A stretch of DNA of 63,293 nucleotides, counting the filler, from Octopus bimaculoides (taxonomy: Eukaryota): assembly GCF_001194135.2 (NCBI RefSeq). It is 8 parts of 8 records of this genome, joined end to end, with 100 filler letters (N's around TTAATTAATTAA, not from the genome) between each part and the next. Parts side by side here need not be neighbours in the genome. Positions count along the whole stretch, not along the records: positions 16,187 to 26,416 come from NC_068997.1; positions 26,517 to 38,113 come from NW_026301803.1; 6 more parts are not named here. One strand, 5' to 3'. Position numbers and translations under genes: made by a program. Shown one piece after another: positions 25,277 through 38,113 of the stretch. Below the pieces are notes generated by a model. The model was not told the DNA's origin, did not search any database, and saw only the letters and a program-made list of their open reading frames with translations. Positions within the stretch are counted from its first letter, which is position 1; the number at the start of each line of letters is the position of its first letter.

Positions 25277-25599
25277 TGTAATGTACGAAATGTATATAAA
25301 TATGGCGCACACATTCATTTCCAGAAATGGGCAACCGGAGAACTTAGCTAATATATTAGCTGAGGAGTAGATAAACAGATTGACACACAGTCTCGTAATT
25401 TATCGGATGCTGCTATAACCTACCTCGCCCATAATCCAAACACCCGTAATTCTTTCCCACCCCGAAGTAAGTAAAGCCAAAAAATCCTAAACACTGAAGG
25501 TAAAGTTCAAAGTAACTTCATTAAGATCAAGGAAAGAAATGTTTAGAGTTCAAAGTGGAAACCTAATGAAGGTTTTTGTAGGGTGGTTTGGATGGCTTA

Positions 25600-26416
25600 T
25601 AGAGATAAAGCAGTGGGGATAGAGAGGGGTAGGAAGAGGAGAATCGGGGCGAAGAAAGAAGAGAGGGGTAACAGGAAAAGGAGGCGATGAAGAAGAGAAG
25701 AAACAGATGTGGAAGGTGGGGATTGGGAAACGAGGAGAGAAAGAAATAAAAGAGATGTGGAAGGAACGGAGAGGAAAAAGACGTGAGGAGAAAGAAGGGG
25801 AGGGGTGAAGATGAAAGGGAAGGAGAAGGAGAAGGGAAAGAGAGGAGGAAGAAAAGCAGAGGGATGAGGCAGCGGAGGGGAGGAAGATGAGGGGAAGGGA
25901 AAGAGGAAAGGCGGTAGAATGGGAGAGGGAGGAGAATGTGGAGAGAAGATAGGTAAGGAGCGGTGGAAGAGGAGAAGGAAGAGTTGGTGGAAGGGGAGGT
26001 GGTGGAGGAAGTGGATGCGGAATGAGAAGTGCAGGAGCGGGAGACGGAAGAGTAGGAAGCGGAGGTGGAGGAGGCTGAAGAGGACTAAGATGAGGACAGA
26101 GAAGAGAAACAAGAAGAGGGTGGGAATTAGAAACGGAAATGAGGAGTAAAGAGTGATGGCGAAAGAAACTGAAGCAGAGCGGGATGACAGATCGTAATAT
26201 TAATAGCGAGACGTATAGACATATATACTAAGAGGTGTATGAGATAATAAGGAAGGGGGAGGAAGTGAAAGAGGCGGAAAGAGAGAGAGGGAAGGAAAGA
26301 GTGATCGAAATATCGAGAAAGAGTAAAAATACACGGAGAGTGCAATAGTATGAGTATGTGTGTATTTTTGTAGGGCGTGTGGAGAGGAGGAGGAGGACGA
26401 GGAGGACGTGGACGAG
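25600..26416. repeat. Polypurine (GA/GGA-rich) low-complexity tract
   Basis: About 800 bp almost entirely A/G on the plus strand. Confidence 0.9.
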
Positions 26417-28599
26417 NNNNNNNNNNNNNNNNNNNNNNNNNNNNNNNNNNNNNNNNNNNNTTAATTAATTAANNNNNNNNNNNNNNNNNNNNNNNNNNNN
26501 NNNNNNNNNNNNNNNNATATATATATATATATATATAATGTATATATTTATTTAATTATAAATGCATAACAATACCACAGACTCATCTCCCGAATTTCAT
26601 TTTCCATACAGTATGTGATCCTTTGATTACTCATGTACGGAACCCTACATATTTTCTTTTAATATATTTTATTTAATGTGCTATATAGTGTAGTACTGTA
26701 CTCTATCTTTATTTATTGATTTATTAATTTTTAGGTGTGAACATACTTATTTTACCGCAGAACTAATTAAAATCTAAAGAAACGATAAATACCTGTCGGC
26801 CGCAGAAACCACAATATACTGAGGAGACTGCGATATAAATTTACATATATTAGCCAGAAAAATGCACGATGTACTGAGTGTGCGATAGGTGAAACGCAAC
26901 ATGGCGAGGAATTACTGTATATATATATATTGTATATATATATATATATATATGCACATATATATATATATATTATATATATATATATATATACACACAT
27001 ATATTTGTATATATATATATGTATATATATATGTATATATATATANNNNNNNNNNNNNNNNNNNNNNNNNNNNNNNNNNNNNNNNNNNNNNNNNNNNNNN
27101 NNNNNNNNNNNNNNNNNNNNNNNNNNNNNNNNNNNNNNNNNNNNNNNNNNNNNNNNNNNNNNNNNNNNNNNNNNNNNNNNNNNNNNNNNNNNNNNNNNNN
27201 NNNNNNNNNNNNNNNNNNNNNNNNNNNNNNNNNNNNNNNNNNNNNNNNNNNNNNNNNNNNNNNNNNNNNNNNNNNNNNNNNNNNNNNNNNNNNNNNNNNN
27301 NNNNNNNNNNNNNNNNNNNNNNNNNNNNNNNNNNNNNNNNNNNNNNNNNNNNNNNNNNNNNNNNNNNNNNNNNNNNNNNNNNNNNNNNNNNNNNNNNNNN
27401 NNNNNNNNNNNNNNNNNNNNNNNNNNNNNNNNNNNNNNNNNNNNNNNNNNNNNNNNNNNNNNNNNNNNNNNNNNNNNNNNNNNNNNNNNNNNNNNNNNNN
27501 NNNNNNNNNNNNNNNNNNNNNNNNNNNNNNNNNNNNNNNNNNNNNNNNNNNNNNNNNNNNNNNNNNNNNNNNNNNNNNNNNNNNNNNNNNNNNNNNNNNN
27601 NNNNNNNNNNNNNNNNNNNNNNNNNNNNNNNNNNNNNNNNNNNNNNNNNNNNNNNNNNNNNNNNNNNNNNNNNNNNNNNNNNNNNNNNNNNNNNNNNNNN
27701 NNNNNNNNNNNNNNNNNNNNNNNNNNNNNNNNNNNNNNNNNNNNNNNNNNNNNNNNNNNNNNNNNNNNNNNNNNNNNNNNNNNNNNNNNNNNNNNNNNNN
27801 NNNNNNNNNNNNNNNNNNNNNNNNNNNNNNNNNNNNNNNNNNNNNNNNNNNNNNNNNNNNNNNNNNNNGTATGGGTGTATGTATGAATGTATGTTTGTGT
27901 GTGCATGTATGCATGTATGTATATGTGTACGTATGTATGTATATATATGTGTGTATGTATGTATGTGTGTATCTACGAATGTATGTTTGTATGAATGTGT
28001 GTATGTAACTATGTATGTATGAATGTTTACATGTGTTTGTGCATGTATGTATGTACGTACATACGTATGTATGTATGTGTGTATGTATGTATGTATGTGT
28101 GTGTATGTATGTATGTATGCATGTGTGTATGTATGTGTGCATGTATGTATGTATGTATGTGTGTGTGAAAAGGAGAAAGGAAGAAAAACTGAAATTATAA
28201 AAGAATTAAAATGTAATGAGTCGTCAAGAGAATGTAGATATTGAAAGACTAAGAAATAAAGCGAAAGAGTGAAAGAGAAGAACAGAGACATGGCGACGGT
28301 GAGGGAGAGAGAGAAGGGAAGAGAAGGAAGGAGAGACAGGTAGGGAGAAGGAGGAATAAAGAGAGGGGAAGAGGGAAGAAAGAGGGAAAGCGAGGTGGAG
28401 GGGTGGGGGGGAGAGATATGGACCGTGAATAGAATCACATGAACACATTTTTGTATTACATGATACACGTAGGCTGATGAGGCGTTGAGAGAAAACAACC
28501 TGATTTTTAAAATAGTTGAATGACAAATAGAGATGTCAGATATATAGATATACACTTATATGCATGGCTCGATAAATAATAGACAACCACCATATATAT

Positions 28600-28990
28600 A
28601 CTCTTTTACTCTTTTACTTTGTTTCAGTCATCTGACCGTGGCCATGCTGGAGCACTGCCCTTTAGTCGAGCAAATCGACCCCCAGGACTTATTCTTTGGG
28701 AGCCTAGTCCTTATTCTATCGGTCTCTTTTTGCCGAACCGCAAGGTTACGAGCACGTAAACACACCAGTATCGGTTGTCAAGCGATGTTAGAGGGGTGGG
28801 GTGGGGGCAAACACAGACACACACACACACACACACACATACATATATATACATATATATACGACGGGCTTCTTTCAGTTTCTGTCTACCAAATCCACTC
28901 ACAAGAATACACTTGCCCAAGGTGCCACGCAGTGGGACTGAACCCGGAACCATGTGGTTGGTAAGCAAGCTACTTACCAAACAGCCACTC
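28600..28990 (-). mobile_element. Near full-length tRNA-derived SINE (12966-type) with internal CA/TA microsatellite and a ~30-bp internal deletion
   Basis: The (ctctttta)n tail, body and head are all visible on the minus strand. The segment gctttggtcggcccgaggctatagtagaag is missing at about 28903. Confidence 0.88.
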
Positions 28991-30163
28991 CGACTTGATA
29001 ATTTGGTAAATATACAGACGAAAATTTTTTTCAGATATACATCAGTATTGAAACATACACATAGACACAGGCACACACACACACACACACACGCACACAC
29101 TCACGGACATACGNNNNNNNNNNNNNNNNNNNNNNNNNNNNNNNNNNNNNNNNNNNNNNNNNNNNNNNNNNNNNNNNNNNNNNNNNNNNNNNNNNNNNNN
29201 NNNNNNNNNNNNNNNNNNNNNNNNNNNNNNNNNNNNNNNNNNNNNNNNNNNNNNNNNNNNNNNNNNNNNNNNNNNNNNNNNNNNNNNNNNNNNNNNNNNN
29301 NNNNNNNNNNNNNNNNNNNNNNNNNNNNNNNNNNNNNNNNNNNNNNNNNNNNNNNNNNNNNNNNNNNNNNNNNNNNNNNNNNNNNNNNNNNNNNNNNNNN
29401 NNNNNNNNNNNNNNNNNNNNNNNNNNNNNNNNNNNNNNNNNNNNNNNNNNNNNNNNNNNNNNNNNNNNNNNNNNNNNNNNNNNNNNNNNNNNNNNNNNNN
29501 NNNNNNNNNNNNNNNNNNNNNNNNNNNNNNNNNNNNNNNNNNNNNNNNNNNNNNNNNNNNNNNNNNNNNNNNNNNNNNNNNNNNNNNNNNNNNNNNNNNN
29601 NNNNNNNNNNNNNNNNNNNNNNNNNNNNNNNNNNNNNNNNNNNNNNNNNNNNNNNNNNNNNNNNNNNNNNNNNNNNNNNNNNNNNNNNNNNNNNNNNNNN
29701 NNNNNNNNNNNNNNNNNNNNNNNNNNNNNNNNNNNNNNNNNNNNNNNNNNNNNNNNNNNNNNNNNNNNNNNNNNNNNNNNNNNNNNNNNNNNNNNNNNNN
29801 NNNNNNNNNNNNNNNNNNNNNNNNNNNNNNNNNNNNNNNNNNNNNNNNNNNNNNNNNNNNNNNNNNNNNNNNNNNNNNNNNNNNNNNNNNNNNNNNNNNN
29901 NNNNNNNNNNNNNNNNNNNNNNNNNNNNNNNNNNNNNNNNNNNNNNNNNNNNNNNNNNNNNNNNNNNNNNNNNNNNNNNNNNNNNNNNNNNNNNNNNNNN
30001 NNNNNNNNNNNNNNNNNNNNNNNNNNNATATATATATATATATATATATATATAGATAGATAGATATAGATATATGCATGCACACACACATATGTTGAAT
30101 AATATGAGACAACAAAACCAAGGCTGCGTGGAATTTTCAGGATATTTATAAAGAGAAAGGTGG

Positions 30164-30209
30164 TCTTACAGCTGTTTCTGAGACATTAGTGATATCCCTT
30201 CATCAGAAA
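30164..30209 (-). ncRNA. Type-I hammerhead-like motif within a Penelope-LTR-like segment (about 30090-30340)
   Basis: Minus strand ttt-CTGATGA-a-GGGATA-tcactaa-TGTCTC-a-GAAA-CAGCTG-TA-aga. Helix II has two G-U pairs, helix III is the palindrome ACAGCTGT, triplet GUA. The first helix-II pair is an A.A mismatch and helix I is weak. Confidence 0.6.
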
Positions 30210-30374
30210 TAGTATGAGAGAATTAAATAGAGGGAAATTTTAGAGTTCAATATGAGGAGTTATTTTGGAAAAGGTTGGATAAAGGAAGTATAAAGGAAAA
30301 TAAGGGAATAAAAGCAAAAATATATGTAGATGTTACAGTTGCATTTCCATTATCTAAGGATAATGGAATACAAC

Positions 30375-30514
<140 letters not shown>

Positions 30515-32418
30515 GTATGCCAGTCAGTGTATGTATCTGTCTGTTTGTCAGTCCTTATGTATGTCTGTCTCAAAGAAATCTTGTCATGTGGTTCAGCAAG
30601 AATTAATAGATAAAATTTAGTTAAAAAAAACAAAAAAAACTATTCACTGAGTAAATTTATTGGGAAGTGTGCAACACGCCTCAAACGTTCCATATGCTTA
30701 TCCTTCTTCGTGGAGAGAAAATACTAAAATTGACAACGCAGAGGGAGAACATTTTTCTATGATTGTGGTATTAGCCTTTTTAGATAAATATAATTCTGGC
30801 TAAATATGTTTATAAATGCAAAGATAAATAGATGAATAGAGCGGTATTGGTATAGATTAAATGATAGATACAGAGAGTTCAATTGGTAGAAAGACAGATA
30901 AAGAATTAGAACGATAGTAGGTAGATAGATTAAGGATTAGGAATATAGAAAGCGAGTTACTAGACTGATGTATAGATGAATACATAAAAGAATAGACAGA
31001 AAAATGAATAAAGAGTTAGCTCTGACATTTTCTTCAATCCACCGACCGTAATTGGTGTTTTTTTTTATGTGTATGTATACACATGCCTATGTGTATGTAT
31101 AAGTGCATATATGCTTTTCATTATTTCTTTCTTTCTTTCTTTTTCTCCCTAGCAGCACCAAATCTTAAACCTGCATCCAACATAGTAACCAACTCAATGA
31201 CGTTGTTTTCACTTCCTAATACCAAACATGACACACCAGCACATCAGCCCTCACACATGCTCATACACCAGTCTCGCATGTGTACACACCAGAACATACT
31301 TCAGACGATATCTCTCTCTCCCTCTCTCTCTCTCCCTCTCTCTCTCCCTCTCTCTCTCTCCCNNNNNNNNNNNNNNNNNNNNNNNNNNNNNNNNNNNNNN
31401 NNNNNNNNNNNNNNNNNNNNNNNNNNNNNNNNNNNNNNNNNNNNNNNNNNNNNNNNNNNNNNNNNNNNNNNNNNNNNNNNNNNNNNNNNNNNNNNNNNNN
31501 NNNNNNNNNNNNNNNNNNNNNNNNNNNNNNNNNNNNNNNNNNNNNNNNNNNNNNNNNNNNNNNNNNNNNNNNNNNNNNNNNNNNNNNNNNNNNNNNNNNN
31601 NNNNNNNNNNNNNNNNNNNNNNNNNNNNNNNNNNNNNNNNNNNNNNNNNNNNNNNNNNNNNNNNNNNNNNNNNNNNNNNNNNNNNNNNNNNNNNNNNNNN
31701 NNNNNNNNNNNNNNNNNNNNNNNNNNNNNNNNNNNNNNNNNNNNNNNNNNNNNNNNNNNNNNNNNNNNNNNNNNNNNNNNNNNNNNNNNNNNNNNNNNNN
31801 NNNNNNNNNNNNNNNNNNNNNNNNNNNNNNNNNNNNNNNNNNNNNNNNNNNNNNNNNNNNNNNNNNNNNNNNNNNNNNNNNNNNNNNNNNNNNNNNNNNN
31901 NNNNNNNNNNNNNNNNNNNNNNNNNNNNNNNNNNNNNNNNNNNNNNNNNNNNNNNNNNNNNNNNNNNNNNNNNNNNNNNNNNNNNNNNNNNNNNNNNNNN
32001 NNNNNNNNNNNNNNNNNNNNNNNNNNNNNNNNNNNNNNNNNNNNNNNNNNNNNNNNNNNNNNNNNNNNNNNNNNNNNNNNNNNNNNNNNNNNNNCTCTCT
32101 CTCTCCCTCTCTCTCTCCCTCTTCCTCTCCCTCTCTCTCCCTCTCTCTGCATACATACATATACAAATGCAGTGATACGCGTATTCGGGCACACAAAACT
32201 TATTCATACGTACACACCCTCATACATGCATTCCAAACTCGTACCTACACATAAACGCGCGCGCACATACGCACATAGACACATACACGTACGCATACAA
32301 CAAAACTAACGCACCTATATACATATACGTGCTACTACACACATACAAACAAGCCTGTGCGCATACATACAAACAGACGTATACGCGCACATACGCGCAC
32401 AGAGCGCACACACAGCTG

Positions 32419-32954
32419 ATACACATACAAGCACACACATACATATGCCCAAACACACACGCACATGCACCAAATACACACACGTGTATATATATATATA
32501 TATATAAAATTAAGGTACTCAGAAACCTGGATGTTTGTACATTTACAGATTTTTATTAATGTCACATATTAAATGAAGCGCTTTTCACCTAGTCNNNNNN
32601 NNNNNNNNNNNNNNNNNNNNNNNNNNNNNNNNNNNNNNNNNNNNNNNNNNNNNNNNNNNNNNNNNNNNNNNNNNNNNNNNNNNNNNNNNNNNNNNNNNNN
32701 NNNNNNNNNNNNNNNNNNNNNNNNNNNNNNNNNNNNNNNNNNNNNNNNNNNNNNNNNNNNNNNNNNNNNNNNNNNNNNNNNNNNNNNNNNNNNNNNNNNN
32801 NNNNNNNNNNNNNNNNNNNNNNNNNNNNNNNNNNNNNNNNNNNNNNNNNNNNNNNNNNNNNNNNNNNNNNNNNNNNNNNNNNNNNNNNNNNNNNNNNNNN
32901 NNNNNNNNNNNNNNNNNNNNNNNNNNNNNNNNNNNNNNNNNNNNNNNNNNNNNN

Positions 32955-32991
<37 letters not shown>

Positions 32992-33375
32992 ATGTATGTA
33001 TGTATATATATATGTATGCATGTATTTATGTACATACATATACCCATACATACAAGTGCACAAACACGAAGACAAACACACACCATCACACATACATACA
33101 TACACATACACACGCTCACTCCGGCAGGAAATATTCGGATAGAATGGGGCATGCCAAATCTAGGCCGAAACAGCTGTAAGAATAAACTTCTGTTCATTCT
33201 ATAATCCCTTATGTACTTTGTAATTTTATCTGTAAACCTGGTTGTCAAAATAACATGGTTTGTCATAAACACCTGTACTTTGTGGGGTTTTTTTTGTCAC
33301 TTTAGCTATACACATACAAGCACACACATACATATGCCCAAACACACACGCACATGCACCAAATACACACACGTG
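32419..33375. repeat. Identical 68-bp direct repeats (32419-32486 and 33308-33375) flanking an ~820-bp insert
   Basis: atacacatacaagcacacacatacatatgcccaaacacacacgcacatgcaccaaatacacacacgtg occurs twice. The insert holds TA runs, a gap and two hammerhead 3'-half motifs. Confidence 0.85.
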
Positions 33376-33723
33376 CGCGCAGGCGCACTCATCCATCAGG
33401 TATATGCACGTACTCACTCACATCGGCAGCTGCTATCATTTCCTAGACACCGGGGCGCCACCAAAATCCTGTCCAGTCCCGCGGTTCGAGAAATATAGTC
33501 TAAGCTTAATACATGATGTCACTGATATATCAATACTTATATGAAAAACACCATGTGACCTGCCTTAACCAATAGCAGTCCAATCTCCACTATTCATCTT
33601 GAATTTCCTCCATCCTTCCACCCGGTTTCCTATGCGTGATGAGCTATGTTCGTATCAGGAGCCTACGGAATTTTAAGTTTCATGGAGCCAAATCAAACTG
33701 CTATTTAATAATAATATTAATCA

Positions 33724-33936
33724 TTTCTACTGGAGGCACAAGGCTTCAAATTTGAGGGGAGGGGACTAGTCGATTACATCAACCCCAGTGTTTCACTGGT
33801 ACTTAATTTATCGTCCCTGATAGGATGAAATGCAAAGTCAACCTCGGTGGAATTTGAACTCAGGACGTAGCGGCAGACGAAATACCGCTAAGCATTTCAC
33901 CCGGCGTGTTAAAGATTCTGTCAGCTCGCCGCCTTC
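33724..33936 (-). mobile_element. Full-length SINE of the 57358-type head, tail B
   Basis: Minus strand gaaggcggcgagctgacagaatc...ctgagttcaaattccaccgaggttgactttg...aagtaccagtg...aaatttgaagccttgtgcctccagtagaaa. The head abuts (AAT)n. Confidence 0.88.
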
Positions 33937-33987
<51 letters not shown>

Positions 33988-33988
33988 T

Positions 33989-34310
33989 GGAAAAACTTTC
34001 AAAATACAAAGACCTGGAAATAGAGGTAACTCGAATGTGGAATCTAAAAACAGAAACAATTCCTATCATAGTAGGTGCCTTAGGTATAATAAAAGAATCT
34101 TCAGACAAATACATAACAAAAACACCAGTACTTACAAATATTTGTAACATACAGAAAATTGCACTACTGGGCACTGCACACATCCTACGCAAAACACTTT
34201 CAATACAGTAACCATAAGAGCATCACAGTAAACCACAGCACATACCCAAGGCGCACAGAGCTGCGCTCGGTAGTGAAGTGAAAGCACGTTATAAAAATAA
34301 AACTACCGAA
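33989..34310 (+). mobile_element. R4/Dong-like RLE retrotransposon 3' end (family A), 5'-truncated, in (AAT)n
   Basis: EKLSKYKDLEIEVTRMWNLKTETIPIIVGALGIIKESSDKYITKTPVLTNICNIQKIALLGTAHILRKTLSIQ* plus 3'UTR, with (AAT)n on both flanks. Confidence 0.88.
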
Positions 34311-34315
34311 TAATG

Positions 34316-34346
<31 letters not shown>

Positions 34347-34348
34347 TG

Positions 34349-34411
<63 letters not shown>

Positions 34412-34527
34412 GTTTCAAATTTTTCCACAAGGGCAGAAATTTTGGGGAGGGGGATGATTCGATTACATCGTCCCTAATGTTCAACTGGTACTTATTTTTG
34501 ACCCCCAAAAGGATGACAGGCAAAGTC
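34412..34527 (-). mobile_element. Partial SINE (57358-type body, tail B)
   Basis: Minus strand gaggttgactttgcctgtcatccttttgggggtcaaaaataagtaccagttg...aaaatttctgcccttgtgg. Confidence 0.7.
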
Positions 34528-34551
34528 AACCTCGGTCTGATGATGATGGAT

Positions 34552-35030
34552 GTGGAATGAGCACAAACCGCAGAGTGGCGGTGTCGGAAACCTTCGAAAT
34601 CTTCTGGGATTTCCCAATCCAAACAAACCAGGTGCTAAAGCATAACAGACCGGACCTAGTGATGGTGGACAAAGTGAATCACATGTACTGTATAATTGAC
34701 GTTGCGTACCCACGAATAGTCAGAAAGGAAGGCGAAAAAAAAAATATATATATACAATCCTCTTAAGTTCAAAATATTCCGGCTATGGAGAATGAAGAAA
34801 GTGAAGGTAGTGGCGATTATTGTTGGGGCTTTGGAAACAGTATCAGAAGGCATCAGGAGGAATATTAAAGGAAATTGGAATGGAGTGCCCAGCAGAACTG
34901 TTGCACAGCCAGAATAATCAGGGAAGTTTTAGATAGCTGAAAAGAACGGATAACATGGTACCGTATGCTTCAAGTAGCAAGCCCTCTATTCGTGCAAGAT
35001 TTCAGGAGTTCCAACAAAAGCTAAGTTAAA
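34552..35030 (+). mobile_element. R4/Dong-like RLE retrotransposon endonuclease fragment (family B-like)
   Basis: WNEHKPQ...IFWDFPIQTNQVLKHNRPDLVMVDKVNH..CIIDVAYP..YNPLKFKIFRLWRMKKVKVVAIIVGAL..ARIIREVLDS*, containing the PD..D nuclease motif; frameshifted. Confidence 0.82.
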
Positions 35031-36097
35031 AAAAAAAATTGTATCGCAGTAGGCAGTAAGCTCATAGACGACAGCTATGTAGAAGCTTGTTGACTGAACC
35101 TCTTATTTGCTTATGGTTTTGTACTCAGTTTTGAAGCATGTTATTCTTATTCAGCATGTGTTATTAAGATTCTCTGAATATTACAGGGAAAGAAATTAAT
35201 ATTGGCATAAATTATTACATAATGTGGTAAGATTGATTATTACAAAAAGATGAAACCATTATAAATTGGAGTAGTAAACTGGTTCGCTCACTCCACTTAT
35301 TATTTGTTATTATAAAAGTTCTACGGATATTTACGGATTGTATCTCTCTCTGTTTTTTTTTCTCTTTTATTCTTTTCTAACGAAGAGCGTAAAAGACATT
35401 TCCATTTTTCGCGAGCATCAAACTAATACACTTGCTTGTTGTTCCTACACATGTCTTCGTCGTTTGTTTTTTCTGTAAATTCAAAGTGTATATATAGATG
35501 CGTGTGTTTGTTTGCATGTGTGTGTGTGTGTGGGGGGGGGAGTACGTGTGCGTGTGCGTCTGCATGAAAGGAGTGAAAGAAATAGTTATGCACTGCATTT
35601 GTTCAATTTTAAATTGCTTCTATTTTGTTACTCTCGGATAATTCACGCCGACAAGGGATTTTGCACCAAGTAATGAAGTTTACGTTATGCCTATGAAATG
35701 GTTTTCATGCTTCATAATGTGAATTCTGTACACTTTTGAAACATATGTTTTCGCATCTATTTCTTTCATTCCTTTCATCGTCATATTTAATTATCGCATA
35801 CTCAGCAGCGTAAGTTGCCATTGAACTGGAATTATATAGCAACTGTCATCTAATCGGGATTACTTTCTAATTTTGATATGGGACGAAGTATATTTGATAT
35901 AAGGATTAATAAATTTTATTGATCATTTATTAGTTCCTGTGTGTTTTCTATTCAAGCCTGCTTATGCTAGAGATTAATCAACTGTTTTACCATGAACGAC
36001 TGGATCTTTGTACATATGTTTGCATATGTACATCTTGCATGCATACACACACATTTGCGCGTATACATACATTTGTGTGTGTATATGTATATGTATG

Positions 36098-36137
<40 letters not shown>

Positions 36138-36416
36138 GTGTTTGTATCTATATGTATATATACTTTGTGCGTATATACAGGTATATATAAATAAGCATAC
36201 ATCCTCACACCAGATGTGTGCACGCACGCACGCATGCATGTACTTGAGAAATCCACGTTATATTAGATAAAAATTCGTGAAACAGATAAATGAAAAAAAA
36301 TGGTTGATAACAGTATCGATATAAAAACATATAAGTAGCGTTTAGCGAAAGGGAATATGGTGAATATGTAGGGTTGAGGAGGAACTAACTAATAAAGAGA
36401 GATAGATGGGAAGAGT

Positions 36417-36459
<43 letters not shown>

Positions 36460-36756
36460 GAGGAGGAAGAGAGAGAGGGAGAACATGTGTGCGTGAGAGG
36501 TTGGTAGGTTGGGAGTTAATGAAGAAAGCCAATAGAAAAAGAATCATTTAGAAAAACATGAAATTGTTAGGATAAGAAAAACATAGAAAATATGGAGAGA
36601 GAGAGAGAGAGTGAGGGAGAGAGAGAGAGGGAGAGAAACAGTAAAGAGAGAGAAGAAATGGGCAGAGAGAGAGAAGGGAGAGTGAGTAAAAATAGGGAAG
36701 AGAGTGTGAGGTAGAATAGGGGAGAGTGTAAAAGGGAGAGCGAAGGAGAGAGAAAA

Positions 36757-36910
36757 AGAGAAAGAGTGAGAAAGAGAAAGAGTGAGAAAGAGAAAGAGTG
36801 AGAAAGAGAAAGAGTGAGAAAGAGAAAGAGTGAGAAAGAGAAAGAGTGAGAAAGAGAAAGAGTGAGAAAGAGAAAGAGTGAGAAAGAGAAAGAGTGAGAA
36901 AGAGAAAGAG
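36757..36910. repeat. 16-bp minisatellite (gagaaagagaaagagt)n inside a GA-rich tract
   Basis: About nine consecutive near-perfect units. Confidence 0.9.
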
Positions 36911-36959
36911 AGAAGAGAGAATGGGGTAGAATGGGGGAGAGTGAAAGGAGAGCGAGAAA

Positions 36960-37005
<46 letters not shown>

Positions 37006-37317
37006 TAGATAGAGAGAGAGAGAGATGAGAGAATGTGGTAGGATTGGAGAGAGAGAGAGAGATGAGAGAATGTGGTAGGATGGGAGAGAGAGAAATATAG
37101 AAAGAGGGAGAGAGAGAGGGAGCAAGAGAGGGGTTGAAAAGTAAGGTGATGGAGTGATGAGAAAGTATGACTCGGTATGAGTAGAAATTTGAATAGAACG
37201 AACAAAATCAAAAGAAACGAAATTATGCTTTTGTCAGTAGCTCTTTCAAATTCGCTCCCTTTCCTAACTAAATCATTGATTTATTTTGATTATAGCTTAA
37301 TTCCCTTTCCATGGAAC

Positions 37318-37446
<129 letters not shown>

Positions 37447-37559
37447 CGAAACACGCCTGCGTAAGCAGAGGCACCGTACAGCAAGCTGTCTGTCATTCAC
37501 TACACTTAAATCCACATTTGCACAATCTATATGTATAACCGCTACACACTCACCATGTT

Positions 37560-37710
37560 TCTGCATGTATATAAAGATTCTAAGATCTGACAGTACTCTT
37601 TAGAATGTAGTTTATCCCCGATGAAACGAAGTCTAATATAACAGAATCCTGTCCAGAATTGGCATAGTACTAAGCAAAGACCGAATTCATTTCCTGGTGT
37701 ATTCGATATA
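37560..37710 (-). mobile_element. Possible Tc1-type transposase remnant
   Basis: WTGFCYIRLRFIGDKLHSKEYCQILE resembles the Tc1 DDE segment WGxFxxxGxxxLVFIxGKMNSxxYxxILE. Short and diverged. Confidence 0.3.
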
Positions 37711-37759
37711 TAATTAAATTCCATTATTTTATAAATAAATACGAGCGTTGTCACCCCTG

Positions 37760-38113
37760 TATTTCTTGACCAGTATTAACAATCAAACATACAACAACTG
37801 AGGACACCGCAAAGAAAAGACAAACAGGAAAAGATCATTCCATTTATAGTGACACAAAATCCATGCCACCAGAACATCTTCAATATCGCCAAAGCGAACT
37901 TACCGATCCTTGCACAAAGTAAGGAATTGAGAAATATCATTACAGATCAAAATATAACTCTCAGTAAGAGACAACCTAAAAACTTGAAAAAACTATTAAC
38001 AAAGGCAAGGTTTGACCTCAGCAACAAAGATCAAACATTCACTGTATCCAAATGCAATGATAGCCGATGCGGCACATGCCGATCAATCCATACCGGCCCA
38101 TATATGAACACAA
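37760..38113 (+). mobile_element. Penelope-like element ORF fragment (RT thumb to GIY-YIG linker)
   Basis: IPFIVTQNP...LPILAQSKELRNII...SKRQPKNLKKLLTKARF...CNDSRCGTCRSI matches the Penelope pattern PFVxTYxP...RxPKNLxDxLxRA...CxxxRCxTC. Runs into a gap. Confidence 0.8.

Noticed and set aside
25919-26149. Arg/Lys/Trp-rich ORF, and the Leu/Pro/Phe-rich ORF on the opposite strand
   Set aside because: A by-product of the polypurine tract.
28474-28505. CTGATGA...GAAA on the plus strand
   Set aside because: No helix II pairing and no helix III or NUH triplet.
33422-33439. Minus-strand ATG ATA GCA GCT GCC GAT|gtgagt (MIAAAD, phase 0)
   Set aside because: The donor derives from low-complexity actcactcac, and no promoter-like context is present.
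35806-35815. Plus-strand cag|cagc|gtaagt
   Set aside because: It would give a 1- or 4-nt exon that is not frame-preserving and has no other support.
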